Under the pieces are notes generated by a model, which saw nothing but the letters and a program-made list of their open reading frames with translations, was not told the DNA's origin and did not search any database. From IMG/VR virus record IMGVR_UViG_3300042516_002489, positions 506 to 64,505 of that record: a stretch of DNA of 64,000 nt, one strand, 5' to 3'. Below, piece after piece: positions 38,818 to 49,189 of this stretch. Within the stretch, counting starts at the first letter, position 1; each line of letters starts with the position of its first letter. The DNA is from a virus. Taxonomy: Duplodnaviria; Caudoviricetes. Both the position numbers and the translations under genes were made by a program.

Positions 38818-40162
38818 ATGGCAGGATATGGTGTGCTTATGCTAAGAAGTCTTGAAATACCCGATCCTTTTCAAACCTTTGTAGCCAAAAAATATGCCAA
38901 CGCTAAGGGTCTTGTATATGACTTCTTTGCTAAGGAGTGGTATCTTAAAACTGCTTGTTGTGGTGAGGAACTTTATGCCCCAAATAAAAAGACAATGAAT
39001 AAGATCCGTTTATATCATACAAGAAATGAGTGCCTCAATGGATACTGAACAAACCTTCGATCAAGAATTTGATGTGACCGAGACTACTAAGGCTATTGTT
39101 GATAAGGCTAAGGCTGAGGTTAAGGCTAAGTATGGTAATAAGAAGAGGCATAGGCAATGACTGGTATTATCTGTGATATTTGTAAAAATAAAAATGCTAC
39201 ACAAGTATTACGAACTGGATCTTTTTGTGCCAGGTGCTATACTAATAAACTAAAGGGGGTTACAAATGATTAATGCTTTATTTCTTATTCCCGCATTTTT
39301 TGCAGGGTATTTGGTATGCTATGTTGCAATGACATATAAGGTTGACCAAAATTAAAGAGCCAAAGATTATGAAGATGGACTGGAAGTCTCTAGGCTATGA
39401 AAGGCAGTACAAAAATGGAAGAGTACGATGGGTACCTAAAGAGGTTTACGAAAGAACACAAGACGAAGAACCTTCTGCTTAGATGGTTTGCAAATCTTTG
39501 TGAGAAACCTGCTAACTATCATCTAAACAAGTTCTTGCATTATAGTGATCATGATGATTATGGAATTATATGTAGGTACCACGCAAAAGTTTCTTACTGG
39601 CTATACAAGCCCTACCTTAAGTGGGGAACTATGTATACTCTCAATGTTGACAAACTTGATTAATTTTGTTATACTTAGTGTATGGAAACGAGTTCAGTAT
39701 TGTTTAGTATATTCTGCATGTCATTAGGACTATGGCTTTTATTAGGTAAGGTGTAATCATGGCTAGGATAGTTATATGTTATATTTGTAAGAAAGAGATT
39801 GAGTCTCGATCACCTTTTGCACACGAAACCTTAACAAACCACCTAAAGAAAGATCACAAGGAAGTACATGCTTAAATTTTTATGGGGCATGCTTGCAGGA
39901 TATATGGTTGCTAATTTTGAGTTTGCTAGGTATCTTGTTAGCAAGGGGTACAGGTCTGTTCATGACATTCCAGATAAAGATTGAAGAGTTTGATCCTAGG
40001 ATTATTAAGAAGAATGCTTTCTATCTCCCACCAATTCCTTGGCAATGGACACTTTTAGAAAATGGTAAGATTATAACATTTGGCTATTGCCATACTGAAG
40101 AAGATGCTAGTGAGATGGCTAATCAATCTTTAAACTATTTTAAAAAGCCTCAGTGCAATTAG
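38818..40162 (+). other. Cluster of very short hypothetical ORFs
   Basis: ORF-track entries 38818, 39397 and 39893 plus several coupled ORFs under 60 aa, some with CxxC or TM segments. Confidence 0.5.
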
Positions 40163-40478
40163 AACAATAAAAAGTTGGTTTATCAATTGCTTTATTGTCG
40201 CCAATAATTATACGATTAGATTTTGCCATATCTAAGAGCACAGGGTTTACCTGACCATATACTATGGGTATTAGGTTTAAGCCGCATTTTTCACACATAA
40301 TTTAATCATACCATACTTGCACAAAAGATCAAAGTTTGATATACTAAGTATATGAAAAATACTTATAAGTGTCCTGACTGTAAAACTTCTATTATTATTA
40401 ATACCAAAGTGCATGAACTACCAGAGTCAATTATATGCCCTTGCGAAACGGTAATGCCGTTAGAATCATCTAAGTAAT

Positions 40479-40691
40479 ATGTGGTCATGGGTGTTGGCCT
40501 TTATTGGCGTGTCTGGAATATTTTTAGTTGGTCGCAAGACTATCTGGGGATGGCTAGTTCTGTGCTTAAATGAAGTTTTGTGGATTATTTATGCGCTAAC
40601 AACCAAGCAGTATGGTTTTATTTTTGCAGCAATAGCATATGGAATAGTGTATGTTAAATCATTTATTCACTGGAGAAAAGATGAGTCGTGA
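40479..40691 (+). CDS. Small membrane protein (PnuC-like half-transporter)
   Basis: Three hydrophobic helices; RK..WGW...N..LWI.Y pattern. Confidence 0.55.
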   Translation: MWSWVLAFIGVSGIFLVGRKTIWGWLVLCLNEVLWIIYALTTKQYGFIFAAIAYGIVYVKSFIHWRKDES

Positions 40692-41136
40692 TTACTTTAA
40701 AAAGTTATGGTCAACTATCCTATCAAATGGTGTAAGGCAAGACCCTGAAGGTAATTGGAATGTTATAAACTCTTCTACCAATAAGCGTAGAATGGAAGGC
40801 AAGGGGTCTAGCGTAGGTGGTGTATCTGGTCCTAATCAACATCAATGGATACCAGCCAAAATTTACGTAACGCCAGAAGAATTAAAAGAAGTCTGGGACA
40901 AACAAGATGGCAAGTGCTATTGGTTTGGAGTTGATTTAGACTTAGAACTACTTTACAAGTCACACCCTGACTGGATGCCAAAGCACCCAATGTGTCCTAG
41001 TATAGATAAGATTGATGTTAATGGCGACTATACAAAAGATAATATTGTTATAACTACTAGATTTGCAAACTTTGGCAGGAACGTTTGCGAGTTTGATAGG
41101 TTTCATGATATAGTAAGGGCATTAAAGAATGGATAA
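40681..41136 (+). CDS. HNH-like endonuclease domain protein
   Basis: QDGKCYW.G, PSIDKID...YTKDNI......N motif. Confidence 0.55.
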   Translation: MSRDYFKKLWSTILSNGVRQDPEGNWNVINSSTNKRRMEGKGSSVGGVSGPNQHQWIPAKIYVTPEELKEVWDKQDGKCYWFGVDLDLELLYKSHPDWMPKHPMCPSIDKIDVNGDYTKDNIVITTRFANFGRNVCEFDRFHDIVRALKNG

Positions 41137-41216
41137 GTTTTGTGGTTTCTGTGGATTAAAATTAGTAAATGGTGATTGTCGTAATTGCTTTAGCAATAAA
41201 AATACATTAACTGAAT

Positions 41217-41677
41217 TTGAAATGGAAGATGACTAAAGAAAAAGAATTTGAGGATTGGGCTAAAATGAATAATGTTGACATTACAACAGAGTTACATCTT
41301 CAATATCAAAGGTCTTTAATCATAAATGAGTTAGCAATGGCGGGTATAGCAATTGATCTTCCTGGAGATTTTTTACAATCTTTAAACTCACAGCAGTTTG
41401 CAGAGGTGATTGCTGGATTAATTAGAAGGAGAGTTAAATGAATAGTTGGATTGAAGAACTAGACGAAGACAAAAAGAAAGATTTAATGGAAATGATTATA
41501 ATGACTGTTAAAGAGATTCGTGAACAGATGGATCAGGACATTCTTTTTACTCAGCAAATATGGGAACGTAAAGGTTTTCTGAAAAGCCGTAGGACTCGTA
41601 AAGCGTTTGAAGCATGTCGCTCAATTGTTCAGGGAAAAAACGAAATATTTAAGGATAATGATGAAAAACAAGATTAA
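41217..41677 (+). other. Two short hypothetical ORFs (41217-41441, 41438-41677)
   Basis: Coupled ORFs with RBS. Confidence 0.55.
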
Positions 41678-42380
41678 GTTTACTGCTATGAATAAGTTTG
41701 ACTATGATATTCAACTAAAGCCATATCCAGCATCTACAAATATTCCAAGTTGGTGGAGAGATGAACTGCCCTACACTGTAAGTGAGTCAAACCCAACTGG
41801 GAAAAAAATAATCGTTGAAAATTCAACTTCTAATGCAACATTTAAAAAATGCACACCAATGCTTGATGCTATAACATCAGGCTACATAATTCCATTATGG
41901 ACAGATGTTCAGGTAAGAATAGTTGATGGTGAACCAGTCATTACTTGGAGAACACAAAGACAGGTATTTTTAAAACATGGAGAGGCCTCCGAAAGAGTGG
42001 TTCCTCCAACTGGATACTCAAACCATGTTTTTAAATATTTAAATACATGGATGCCAAAAACTCCAAATGGTTATTCTGTTTTGGTAACCTCACCATTTGG
42101 ACATAGAAATTTACCTCTTCAAGCAATTCCTGCTATTATAGACTCAGATAGGTCAACACTAGACATTGTTCCTCCTATGTGGCTAAAAGATGGTTTTGAG
42201 GGAATAATTGAAAAAGGAACCCCAATGATTCAAATAACTCCATTTAAAAGAGAAAACTGGGAATCGGAATGTGACTATTTAGAATATGGAGAATTTGAAA
42301 AAAATCAAGAAAAAAACTTTAACTCAACTTTAATAAACCATTACATAAAAAATGTATGGTCAAAAAAAAGTTATAAGTGA
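41658..42380 (+). CDS. Hypothetical protein (same family as 15000 and 36426)
   Basis: TFKKCTPMLDAITSGY, KTPNGYS, IEKGTPMIQITP. Confidence 0.7.
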   Translation: MMKNKIKFTAMNKFDYDIQLKPYPASTNIPSWWRDELPYTVSESNPTGKKIIVENSTSNATFKKCTPMLDAITSGYIIPLWTDVQVRIVDGEPVITWRTQRQVFLKHGEASERVVPPTGYSNHVFKYLNTWMPKTPNGYSVLVTSPFGHRNLPLQAIPAIIDSDRSTLDIVPPMWLKDGFEGIIEKGTPMIQITPFKRENWESECDYLEYGEFEKNQEKNFNSTLINHYIKNVWSKKSYK

Positions 42381-42389
42381 AAGTTTATA

Positions 42390-42662
42390 TTGATGGCTGA
42401 TCCAAATCAAACCCCATCCCGTGGAGAATGGCTATGCCCTTGTAGTGGGTGTCAAAAAAGCATTTCTGCAGAACGCAAACAACTTATTGAGTTATTTGAA
42501 AAAATCAAAAATGATTATTTAGTTTATCGTGGATCTTCTTTTCACAAAGATACTGGTGAATTGATGTGGGCTAAAGATGATGCGATGGCATATGCTGAAG
42601 GCATTGATACAGTAATAGAATTAATAAAAGATAGAATGCCAAAGCCAAAACTAAAGAAGTAA
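42390..42662 (+). CDS. Hypothetical protein
   Basis: 90 aa with CPCSGC. Confidence 0.55.
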   Translation: MMADPNQTPSRGEWLCPCSGCQKSISAERKQLIELFEKIKNDYLVYRGSSFHKDTGELMWAKDDAMAYAEGIDTVIELIKDRMPKPKLKK

Positions 42663-42668
42663 AAACTA

Positions 42669-42742
42669 GCACCAGTAGCCAAGTTGGTTAAGGCCCCGAA
42701 CTCATAATTCGGTTATCGTAGGTTCAAGTCCTACCTGGTGTA
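42669..42742 (+). tRNA. tRNA with CAT anticodon (Met or Ile2)
   Basis: GCACCAG/CTGGTGT acceptor, CCGAA-CTCATAA-TTCGG, TTCAA T-loop. Confidence 0.9.
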
Positions 42743-42746
42743 CTAT

Positions 42747-42817
42747 GGGCCTAAAGCATTAAAGTGATGCTCAGGACTTTTAATCCTGAGAAGAAGGAGC
42801 ATTACCTTCTAGGCCTA
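42747..42817 (+). tRNA. tRNA-Lys(TTT) with atypical D and T loops
   Basis: GGGCCTA/TAGGCCT acceptor, CAGGA-CTTTTAA-TCCTG, T arm GAAGG-AGCATTA-CCTTC. Confidence 0.75.
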
Positions 42818-42818
42818 C

Positions 42819-42891
42819 GCCTCTGTAGTTCAGTGGACAGAACAATGGACTTCTAAGCCATGTGTCGCAGGTTCGATTCCTGCCAGGGGCA
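42819..42891 (+). tRNA. tRNA-Arg(TCT)
   Basis: GCCTCTG/CAGGGGC acceptor, anticodon loop CTTCTAA, TTCGA T-loop. Confidence 0.9.
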
Positions 42892-42895
42892 CAAG

Positions 42896-43459
42896 TTAGT
42901 ACTTACCACCACGACGCTTGTATTCGGCTACTACCCATGCGTTTGCCACTGCTGATGGATAAACTTGAAACTTTTTCTTTGCTGCTGAAACAACTCTTGC
43001 GTATAACTCTTTATCTTGTGGCTCACCTTTACGTGGTTTAATAATGTTTCCATAATTAGTTTTCTTTTCAAGATCAAAAATTGATGTAAGTCTTTCTGCC
43101 CCAGGGATAAATTTTCCGAAATCCATAAATATATCTGACGATTCTTTAGTTCTGTTTACGATTGCTCTTGACCATGAGAACCCAGCATCTCCGCCCCATG
43201 CATCCCACATGATACGACCATTAGATGGATTAGATGTATTGTAAAAGTCTTTACCCTTTTTATCAACTTCGTGCCGTGCAAAAAATGAATACATGCGTTT
43301 AACTGTATCGAGAGACATTGCAGAACCATTTACGATATCTGTTGCCCTTCCCCAACCTACAGGTGTTCCTGCTCCTGTTGCCTTGCCTTCTTCTTTCCAC
43401 TTTAAAGCACGACGAGCCGCTGCTTTCATACCCGAATTAGGGCTATATGTATCTGCCAT
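42896..43459 (-). CDS. Two-domain phage protein (fusion of domains found in 54139 and 54495)
   Basis: GMKAAARRAL.W...GTPVGW.RA...TVKRMYSFF.RHE...WDAWGGDAG plus YPSAVANAWVV.EYKRRGG.Y. Confidence 0.75.
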   Translation of the reverse strand: MADTYSPNSGMKAAARRALKWKEEGKATGAGTPVGWGRATDIVNGSAMSLDTVKRMYSFFARHEVDKKGKDFYNTSNPSNGRIMWDAWGGDAGFSWSRAIVNRTKESSDIFMDFGKFIPGAERLTSIFDLEKKTNYGNIIKPRKGEPQDKELYARVVSAAKKKFQVYPSAVANAWVVAEYKRRGGKY

Positions 43460-43509
43460 ACTTCTATTATACTATAGATTGTGGTACAATTATTGTAAAG
43501 GGGTGTATC

Positions 43510-44466
43510 TTGGCTAGAATTGTTTTTTTAGGTAACTTTGGTGTGGATTATAGTAGTGAAAATCATCACGCAAAATCTCTTGAATCCCTTGGGCATACCG
43601 TAGTTAAAATGCAAGAGCGTGAAGCAAGAAGTCAGCATATCCTTAGAGAATCATTGAGCAGCGATCTATTTGTCTGGGTACACACACATGGGTGGCACAC
43701 TCCTGGAAATATAGGTATGGACCAGGTTTTGCTTAAACTTAAAGAGGCAAAAGTTCCAACAATGACATATCACCTTGACTTGTGGTTTGGTATTGAGCGT
43801 CAAAAAGATTTAGATGAGGACCCATTTTATAAAACCATTGGTCACTTCTTTGCTACAGATAAATTAATGACTGATTGGTTTAATGAAAATACAGAAGTTA
43901 AAGGTCATTTCCTTCCTGCGGGAGTATATGACAAAGAGTGTTATGTTCACTCTCACTATAACCCAAAATATTTTGATTACGATGTTATTTTTGTTGGAAG
44001 CAAAGGGTATCATCCAGAGTATCCCTATCGCCCACAACTAATAAACCATTTAAGATCAGTATATGGTAAGCGCTTCCTTCACGTCGGTGGGGATGGAGAC
44101 ACAGGTACAATTCGTGGGGATGCACTAAATAAAATTTATGCTCGGAGTAAGATAGCAATTGGTGATAGTCTTAACATTGGCTTTAACTATCCTTACTATA
44201 CAAGTGATAGAATGTTTGAAAGTACTGGTCGTGGAGCATTTACTATCTACCCTCGAATCAAGGGCCTTGAATATCTTTTTACAGACAAAGAGATTGTTCT
44301 ATATGAGCATGGAAATTTAAAAGATCTAGAAGAAAAGATTAACTATTATCTAGAGCATGAAGAAGAAAGAGAAACTATTCGTATGGCTGGTCATGAAAGA
44401 ACAAAAGTAGACCATACATATATTAATAGATGGAAAAATATCTTAGAAGTGTTGGAAATTAAGTGA
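43510..44466 (+). CDS. Glycosyltransferase (GT-B, CgeB/YkvP-like)
   Basis: DVIFVGS, YARSKIAI, SDRMFES.G.G, INYYLEH..ERE.I...G motifs; TTG start. Confidence 0.85.
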   Translation: MARIVFLGNFGVDYSSENHHAKSLESLGHTVVKMQEREARSQHILRESLSSDLFVWVHTHGWHTPGNIGMDQVLLKLKEAKVPTMTYHLDLWFGIERQKDLDEDPFYKTIGHFFATDKLMTDWFNENTEVKGHFLPAGVYDKECYVHSHYNPKYFDYDVIFVGSKGYHPEYPYRPQLINHLRSVYGKRFLHVGGDGDTGTIRGDALNKIYARSKIAIGDSLNIGFNYPYYTSDRMFESTGRGAFTIYPRIKGLEYLFTDKEIVLYEHGNLKDLEEKINYYLEHEEERETIRMAGHERTKVDHTYINRWKNILEVLEIK

Positions 44467-45347
44467 AGTATTTAGTTACTGGTGGTGCTGGTTTTATTGG
44501 ATCTAACTTAGTTAATAAGTTAATTAATCTTGGCCATGATGTGATTTGTATTGATAATGAGTCTGCAGAATGTCATGATCAATTCTATTGGAATGATCAA
44601 GCACAAAATTATAAGTATGATATTTGTGATTATGATCTAATTGCTCCACTCTTTAAGGATGTTGACTGCGTATTTCACGTCGCATCTGATGCAAGAATAC
44701 AGCCAGCAATACTAAATCCTAAAAAATCTATTCATTCAAACGCAGTAGGGACAGCCAATGTTCTTGAACTTTGTAGGGTAAACAATATAGATAGGCTAAT
44801 CTATTCTAGTACATCCTCTGCTTATGGCAAGAAGGCAATACTTCCAAACATAGAAACACAGCCATCTGACCCACTAACACCATACTCTGCTGCTAAAGTT
44901 TTTGGTGAAAACCTTGCAAAAGTTTATTATAACCTTTATGGTCTTAAAACTATATCGCTCAGATACTTTAATGTTTATGGAGATAGGCAGCCATTAAAAG
45001 GACAGTATGCTCCAGTAATAGGGCTATTCTTAAAACAATATCATGAGTCAAAACCACTAACAGTAGTTGGAGATGGATCTCAACGCAGAGACTTTACACA
45101 CATATCTGATGTGGTAGAAGCAAATATACTTGCATCTGAAGTTAAAGATGGATTTGGAGAGGTATACAATATTGGGTATGGAAGTAACTATTCTATACTT
45201 GATATTGCTAATATGATTTCAAATGATATCAAGTTTATACCGTCAAGAGTTGGAGAGGTTCAAGAAACTCTTGCGTCTAACTCTAAGTTTAAAGATTTAA
45301 CTGGATGGATACCAAAGGTATCACTAATAGAATGGTTGCAAAAATGA
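44463..45347 (+). CDS. NAD-dependent nucleotide-sugar epimerase/dehydratase
   Basis: TGGAGFIGS, YSAAK (YxxxK), LRYFNVYG, GDGSQRRDF. Confidence 0.95.
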   Translation: MKYLVTGGAGFIGSNLVNKLINLGHDVICIDNESAECHDQFYWNDQAQNYKYDICDYDLIAPLFKDVDCVFHVASDARIQPAILNPKKSIHSNAVGTANVLELCRVNNIDRLIYSSTSSAYGKKAILPNIETQPSDPLTPYSAAKVFGENLAKVYYNLYGLKTISLRYFNVYGDRQPLKGQYAPVIGLFLKQYHESKPLTVVGDGSQRRDFTHISDVVEANILASEVKDGFGEVYNIGYGSNYSILDIANMISNDIKFIPSRVGEVQETLASNSKFKDLTGWIPKVSLIEWLQK

Positions 45348-46057
45348 CAGAAATGGTTAAAGCAGTTTTAAACGGAGAGTTTGAAATGATCTTACCTAAG
45401 CATCGTGCAGATAGACCAGACTGGTATCAACCGCATGGGTGGGAAAAACCAAGACTAAAACATATGTCTGAGAACATTAGTGCTGGAGATATTGTTTATT
45501 ATGTTGGTGCAGAAGAAGGAGAGTTTCCAGCATTATGTCAAATGTGGGGAGCAGAAGTAGTTTTATTTGAGCCAAACCCTAAAGTTTGGTCTCACTTTCC
45601 TGCAACATGGACTGCAAATAATTTAGAAATTCCTATGGTATGTATTCCTGGATTTGCATCTGACAAGATAAATAAACTTTCTAGAATATATTATAACGAA
45701 TGGCCACCAGAGGTTAATGATGTAATTGAAGCAGCACATGGATTTAAAGAACTATATCTTGAAGGAGATACATATGGTCAAATTACAATAGATTCTTGTG
45801 TATATGATCATGGTATTAAACCACCTACCGCTATTTCATTGGACGTAGAGGGTAGTGAATGGAGGGTGCTAGGAGGTGCAGAGAAGGTGCTTAGAGAGTA
45901 CAAACCAAAGATTTGGCTATCTGGACACCCTGAGTTTATGTTGCAGCAGTGGGATGAATCTTTATATAATCTTAGACAATGGATCAAGGGATTAGGATAT
46001 ACTGAAATAATTTTAGACTATCAGCATGAGGTGCATCTTTATTATGAATCATGCTAA
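45344..46057 (+). CDS. FkbM-family methyltransferase
   Basis: VGAEEG, V.LFEPNP, ITIDS, LDVEGSE..VL.G. Confidence 0.85.
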   Translation: MTEMVKAVLNGEFEMILPKHRADRPDWYQPHGWEKPRLKHMSENISAGDIVYYVGAEEGEFPALCQMWGAEVVLFEPNPKVWSHFPATWTANNLEIPMVCIPGFASDKINKLSRIYYNEWPPEVNDVIEAAHGFKELYLEGDTYGQITIDSCVYDHGIKPPTAISLDVEGSEWRVLGGAEKVLREYKPKIWLSGHPEFMLQQWDESLYNLRQWIKGLGYTEIILDYQHEVHLYYESC

Positions 46058-46592
46058 AACTTTTTGGGATAACGCTGCTAAAGATCCAGATGTAAGGTAT
46101 AAGTATATTGCAGATGAGTGGGCAACTACGGAAACATTTTTGGATCTTATAAAAAATAATAATCACGAATGGAATGGTGTTTTAGAAATTGGTTGCGGAA
46201 TAGGCAGACTGCTAGTTCCTTTTGCGGATATGCACAAAGAGTGTAACTTTTATGGGATAGACATATCTGATGAAATGATAAACCTTGCACCTAAAAGAGA
46301 TAATATAAAGTATCAAGAACTTGCAGATAACCTTGATTTTGTATATTCAATGTTAGTCTTTCAGCATATTGAACATCAAGAAAAGATTAACTACACAAAA
46401 CTTGCTTATGAAAAATTAAAAGTTGATGGTATTTTATTCTTTCAGTTTGTTGTTGGGGAAGAGAACTCTCCATACTCCTATCAAACATCAAGGTTTGAAA
46501 TTGAAAAAATGCTGAGTAGTGCAGGATTTAAAAACTTAATATTTACAAATCATATGCATCCTGAATGGATGTTTGTTAGGGCTACAAAATGA
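46044..46592 (+). CDS. Class I SAM-dependent methyltransferase
   Basis: VLEIGCGIGR, GIDIS..M, VFQHI. Confidence 0.9.
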   Translation: MNHAKTFWDNAAKDPDVRYKYIADEWATTETFLDLIKNNNHEWNGVLEIGCGIGRLLVPFADMHKECNFYGIDISDEMINLAPKRDNIKYQELADNLDFVYSMLVFQHIEHQEKINYTKLAYEKLKVDGILFFQFVVGEENSPYSYQTSRFEIEKMLSSAGFKNLIFTNHMHPEWMFVRATK

Positions 46593-47437
46593 CTAATGCA
46601 TATATATATTCTATTGATCCACTTGATGCTGCAGATGGCAAGTGGGATTATGGACTACTTAAAGAAACATTTGAAAGAAATAATGTTGATCAGGTAGTTG
46701 TAAAAGAAATACCAAAAGCAGATCGTGGGTTTGTTGTTATTCCTGGACATGGAAATGCTGGTAAAGAAAAAGAAATATCAAACCAATTAAAAAACCTTGA
46801 TAGAGTTGTCTTGTTTATAACTGGTGATGAAAGCGCTCAATTTAATGTAGATAAAATTAGTCATCCTAATATTTCTATTTGGGTTCAATACCCACATCAA
46901 AAACATGAAAAATATAATAAATTTTTTATTGGTCCACCTCAGCATTTAAAGTCTAACCTACCTGATTATCCTGTTAAAGAATATGACATTTATTTTGGTG
47001 GACAAATAACCCATCAGCGTAGACAACAGTTAGCAGAGGTTATGCCAGACCTTCCCAATGCCCTCTATAAGCCTACAAAGGGCTTTGCACAGGGAGAACA
47101 GCCTAAAGAGTACTACCGCACCCTATCAAAGGCTAGAGTTGTTCCAGCCCCCGCTGGTGCCCAAGTTATAGACACCTTTAGATTCTTTGAGGCCATTGAA
47201 ATGCTGGCTTTACCTGTTGGTGATCTTATTGATTCTAAAGGTGAAATGATTGATTATTTTAACTATGTTTACCCTGCGGGAGTGCCAATTGAAAAGATTG
47301 ATGACTGGAATAAACTAAAAGAAATCCTTCCTAATCTTATTAGTAACTATCCAAACAATATGCACCAAGTGGTATGCTGGTGGATTAAATATAAAAGAGA
47401 TTTTTCTATTAAAGTTATGAGGGATCTATATGAATAA
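46589..47437 (+). CDS. Putative glycosyltransferase (exostosin/GT47-like)
   Basis: YFGGQ, EYY..L......P.G...DTFR.FEA. Confidence 0.6.
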   Translation: MTNAYIYSIDPLDAADGKWDYGLLKETFERNNVDQVVVKEIPKADRGFVVIPGHGNAGKEKEISNQLKNLDRVVLFITGDESAQFNVDKISHPNISIWVQYPHQKHEKYNKFFIGPPQHLKSNLPDYPVKEYDIYFGGQITHQRRQQLAEVMPDLPNALYKPTKGFAQGEQPKEYYRTLSKARVVPAPAGAQVIDTFRFFEAIEMLALPVGDLIDSKGEMIDYFNYVYPAGVPIEKIDDWNKLKEILPNLISNYPNNMHQVVCWWIKYKRDFSIKVMRDLYE

Positions 47438-48161
47438 AAATGATGTAACGATTATTATTGCTACCTCTGTATTGCCAAGCCACCCAGATACAAGAATAAT
47501 TGATGAAACAATTTCTGCAATTAGGGTTCACTTTCCTAACAATGAGATTATACTGCAAATTGATGGCTTGCGTGAAGAACGTTTGTCTCGTAAAGCAGAT
47601 TATGATGAATACAAAAATAGAATTTTATGGAAGTGTTTGCATGAATGGAAAAATGTTTTACCAATAATTTTTGATGAACACAGTCACCAAACAACAATGA
47701 TGAAGGAAACAATTGATATCATTAATACTTCTGCAATGCTTTATGTTGAAGGAGATGCGCCACTTACCCCAGACTATGAGATTGATTGGCAAAAATGTTT
47801 AGATATGATTGAATATGAAAAGGCTAATACAATTAGATTTCACTTTGAATCATCTATTCCTTTTGAACACAATCATTTGATGTTGGGCATTGAAGATGGT
47901 TTTATGAAAACAATTCAGTGGAGCCAGCGCCCACATATAAGTGCAGTAAAGTATTATCGTGATATTGTTTTACCTTTTTCTGATGAAAAAACTTTTATTG
48001 AAGATAGGTTTCATGGCAAGGTTCAAGATGATGGGTGGGATACTCACAAGCTTTGGATATATCATCCAGAAGGCAACATAAAACGCTCTTATCATTTAGA
48101 TGGCCGTGAAGGTACACAAAAATTTACAGTAGACGATGATGCCTGGGGATATAAAGAGTGA
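47430..48161 (+). CDS. Putative GT-A glycosyltransferase
   Basis: VTIIIATS, ILQIDG, LYVEGD. Confidence 0.55.
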   Translation: MNKNDVTIIIATSVLPSHPDTRIIDETISAIRVHFPNNEIILQIDGLREERLSRKADYDEYKNRILWKCLHEWKNVLPIIFDEHSHQTTMMKETIDIINTSAMLYVEGDAPLTPDYEIDWQKCLDMIEYEKANTIRFHFESSIPFEHNHLMLGIEDGFMKTIQWSQRPHISAVKYYRDIVLPFSDEKTFIEDRFHGKVQDDGWDTHKLWIYHPEGNIKRSYHLDGREGTQKFTVDDDAWGYKE

Positions 48162-49189
48162 CATTTGGAATAATTGCAAGATGTGATAATAGTGGATTGG
48201 GAAATCAGACAAGGGATCTGGTTAAAATGCTAAATCCAGACAGGATTCTTTTAATTAACTCTGCAAAATTTAATAATAATAAACAATATCCTGAGTGGTA
48301 TGATGGCTATAACGTAATCATGACAGATGGTTTTCCAACTAAGCAAGAGGTTGCTAGGTTTATGGATGGACTAAATTCTGTACTTACATGCGAAACCTTT
48401 TACCATCCACACTTTATTCACCTTTCACAAAGACGTAATGTTAAAACATTAATGCAATATAACTATGAGTTTCTTGATCATTTAAATAAACCAGATATGC
48501 CTTTACCAAGCTATATGATTGCCCCTAGTTATTGGAAAATAGATGAGGTTGTTAGTAAGTTTGGCAATGATACTGTCGTTATTCATCTACCGCCACCTAC
48601 TGACTCATCTGAGTTTGCTTCTGCAAGAAATAATAATCTTGGGAAAGATCATAAAAGAATTCTTCATATTGGTGGTAAGGCAGCTTCCCAGGATAGGAAT
48701 GGTACTCAAACTGTTATTGATATGCTTGAGCATTCAACAGCTGACTATGAGTTGGTCATTAGAAGTCAGACGGAACTTAAAGTTAATTGCAAAGATCCTA
48801 GACTTACTATTGATATAAGTAATATTGACCATAGATCATCAATGTATGAAGGATTTGATGCCATGGTTCTTCCAAGAAGATATGCTGGTCTGTGCTTGCC
48901 AATGAATGAAGCACTCATGAGTGGGCTGCCAGTCTTTATGACTGATATATCACCAAACAATGAAATTCTTCCAAACGATTGGCTAATTCCTTCAAGAAAA
49001 ATAAACACACTTATGACAAGAGTTAAATTAGATGTATATGAGGCTGATCCCAAAGAGCTTGCTAAAAGAATTGATAACTATGTTAACAGTGATAAAAAAG
49101 CAGAAAAAGAAAAAGCTGCAACTATTGGGTTTGAAAACTTTGATCCATCTATTCTAAAGAATCAATACCTTCAGATTCTGGAAGGATAA
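48158..49189 (+). CDS. GT4-like glycosyltransferase
   Basis: DAMVLP..Y.GL.LPM.EAL.SGLPV..TD..P.NE. Confidence 0.85.
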   Translation: MTFGIIARCDNSGLGNQTRDLVKMLNPDRILLINSAKFNNNKQYPEWYDGYNVIMTDGFPTKQEVARFMDGLNSVLTCETFYHPHFIHLSQRRNVKTLMQYNYEFLDHLNKPDMPLPSYMIAPSYWKIDEVVSKFGNDTVVIHLPPPTDSSEFASARNNNLGKDHKRILHIGGKAASQDRNGTQTVIDMLEHSTADYELVIRSQTELKVNCKDPRLTIDISNIDHRSSMYEGFDAMVLPRRYAGLCLPMNEALMSGLPVFMTDISPNNEILPNDWLIPSRKINTLMTRVKLDVYEADPKELAKRIDNYVNSDKKAEKEKAATIGFENFDPSILKNQYLQILEG

